This document shows positions 22,061 to 22,257 of a stretch of 22,257 nt of DNA, one piece after another (position 1 is the stretch's first letter; every line of letters starts with the position of its first letter). The stretch is from contig JBHGNT010000504.1 of NCBI GenBank assembly GCA_043228905.1, positions 1 through 22,257 of the forward strand, read 5' to 3'. A program made the position numbers and the translations under genes. Origin of the DNA: Azolla caroliniana. Taxonomy: Eukaryota > Plantae > Polypodiophyta. The notes below the pieces were generated by a model. It saw nothing but the letters and a program-made list of their open reading frames with translations. It was not told where the DNA came from and did no database searches.

Positions 22061-22257
22061 TAACATCACAGTCATAATGAGAATTAAAACGAATCAAAAG
22101 GGAAAAGCAAACAGAAGAAAGAGAGAAGAAAAACAGCAACAGCTCCAATTAATCATCATCAGAATTGAGCCACGGAAAAAAGGAGAAAAAGTAGCAGGCA
22201 AAAAATCAATACGAATGTTGGCAGCGAATCCCGCGAGTCCTGCAGCAGAGTCTCGAT

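Overview
AT-rich eukaryotic nuclear DNA from a land plant: short GT-AG introns, many (GA)n/(TA)n microsatellites and decayed transposon debris. The species cannot be read from the sequence. I built three intact spliced genes by hand, and every exon phase is consistent. (1) A small C2-domain, elicitor-responsive (ERG-like) protein on the minus strand, 4694->2964, 5 coding exons plus a possible 6th. (2) The RNA polymerase I/III shared alpha-like subunit AC40 (RPAC1/RPC40) on the plus strand, 12032->14913, 9 exons, 370 aa. (3) A DUF1664-family coiled-coil protein on the minus strand, 22035->16415, 12 exons, about 321 aa. Most ORFs in the supplied track are spurious or are exon read-throughs. The non-coding parts hold several candidates: a box C/D-like structured RNA in the divergent promoter of the C2 gene, a 4-copy minisatellite with a built-in (TA)n tract next to an orphan acidic exon-like segment upstream of RPAC1, a (GGGA)n G-quadruplex tract and a possible NMD-triggering intron in the RPAC1 3' UTR, possible cassette or poison exons in the DUF1664 gene, two recent tandem duplications and probable LINE remnants. 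I cannot demonstrate a new biological system here. The best leads are the ncRNA candidate and the RPAC1 leader/trailer architecture.
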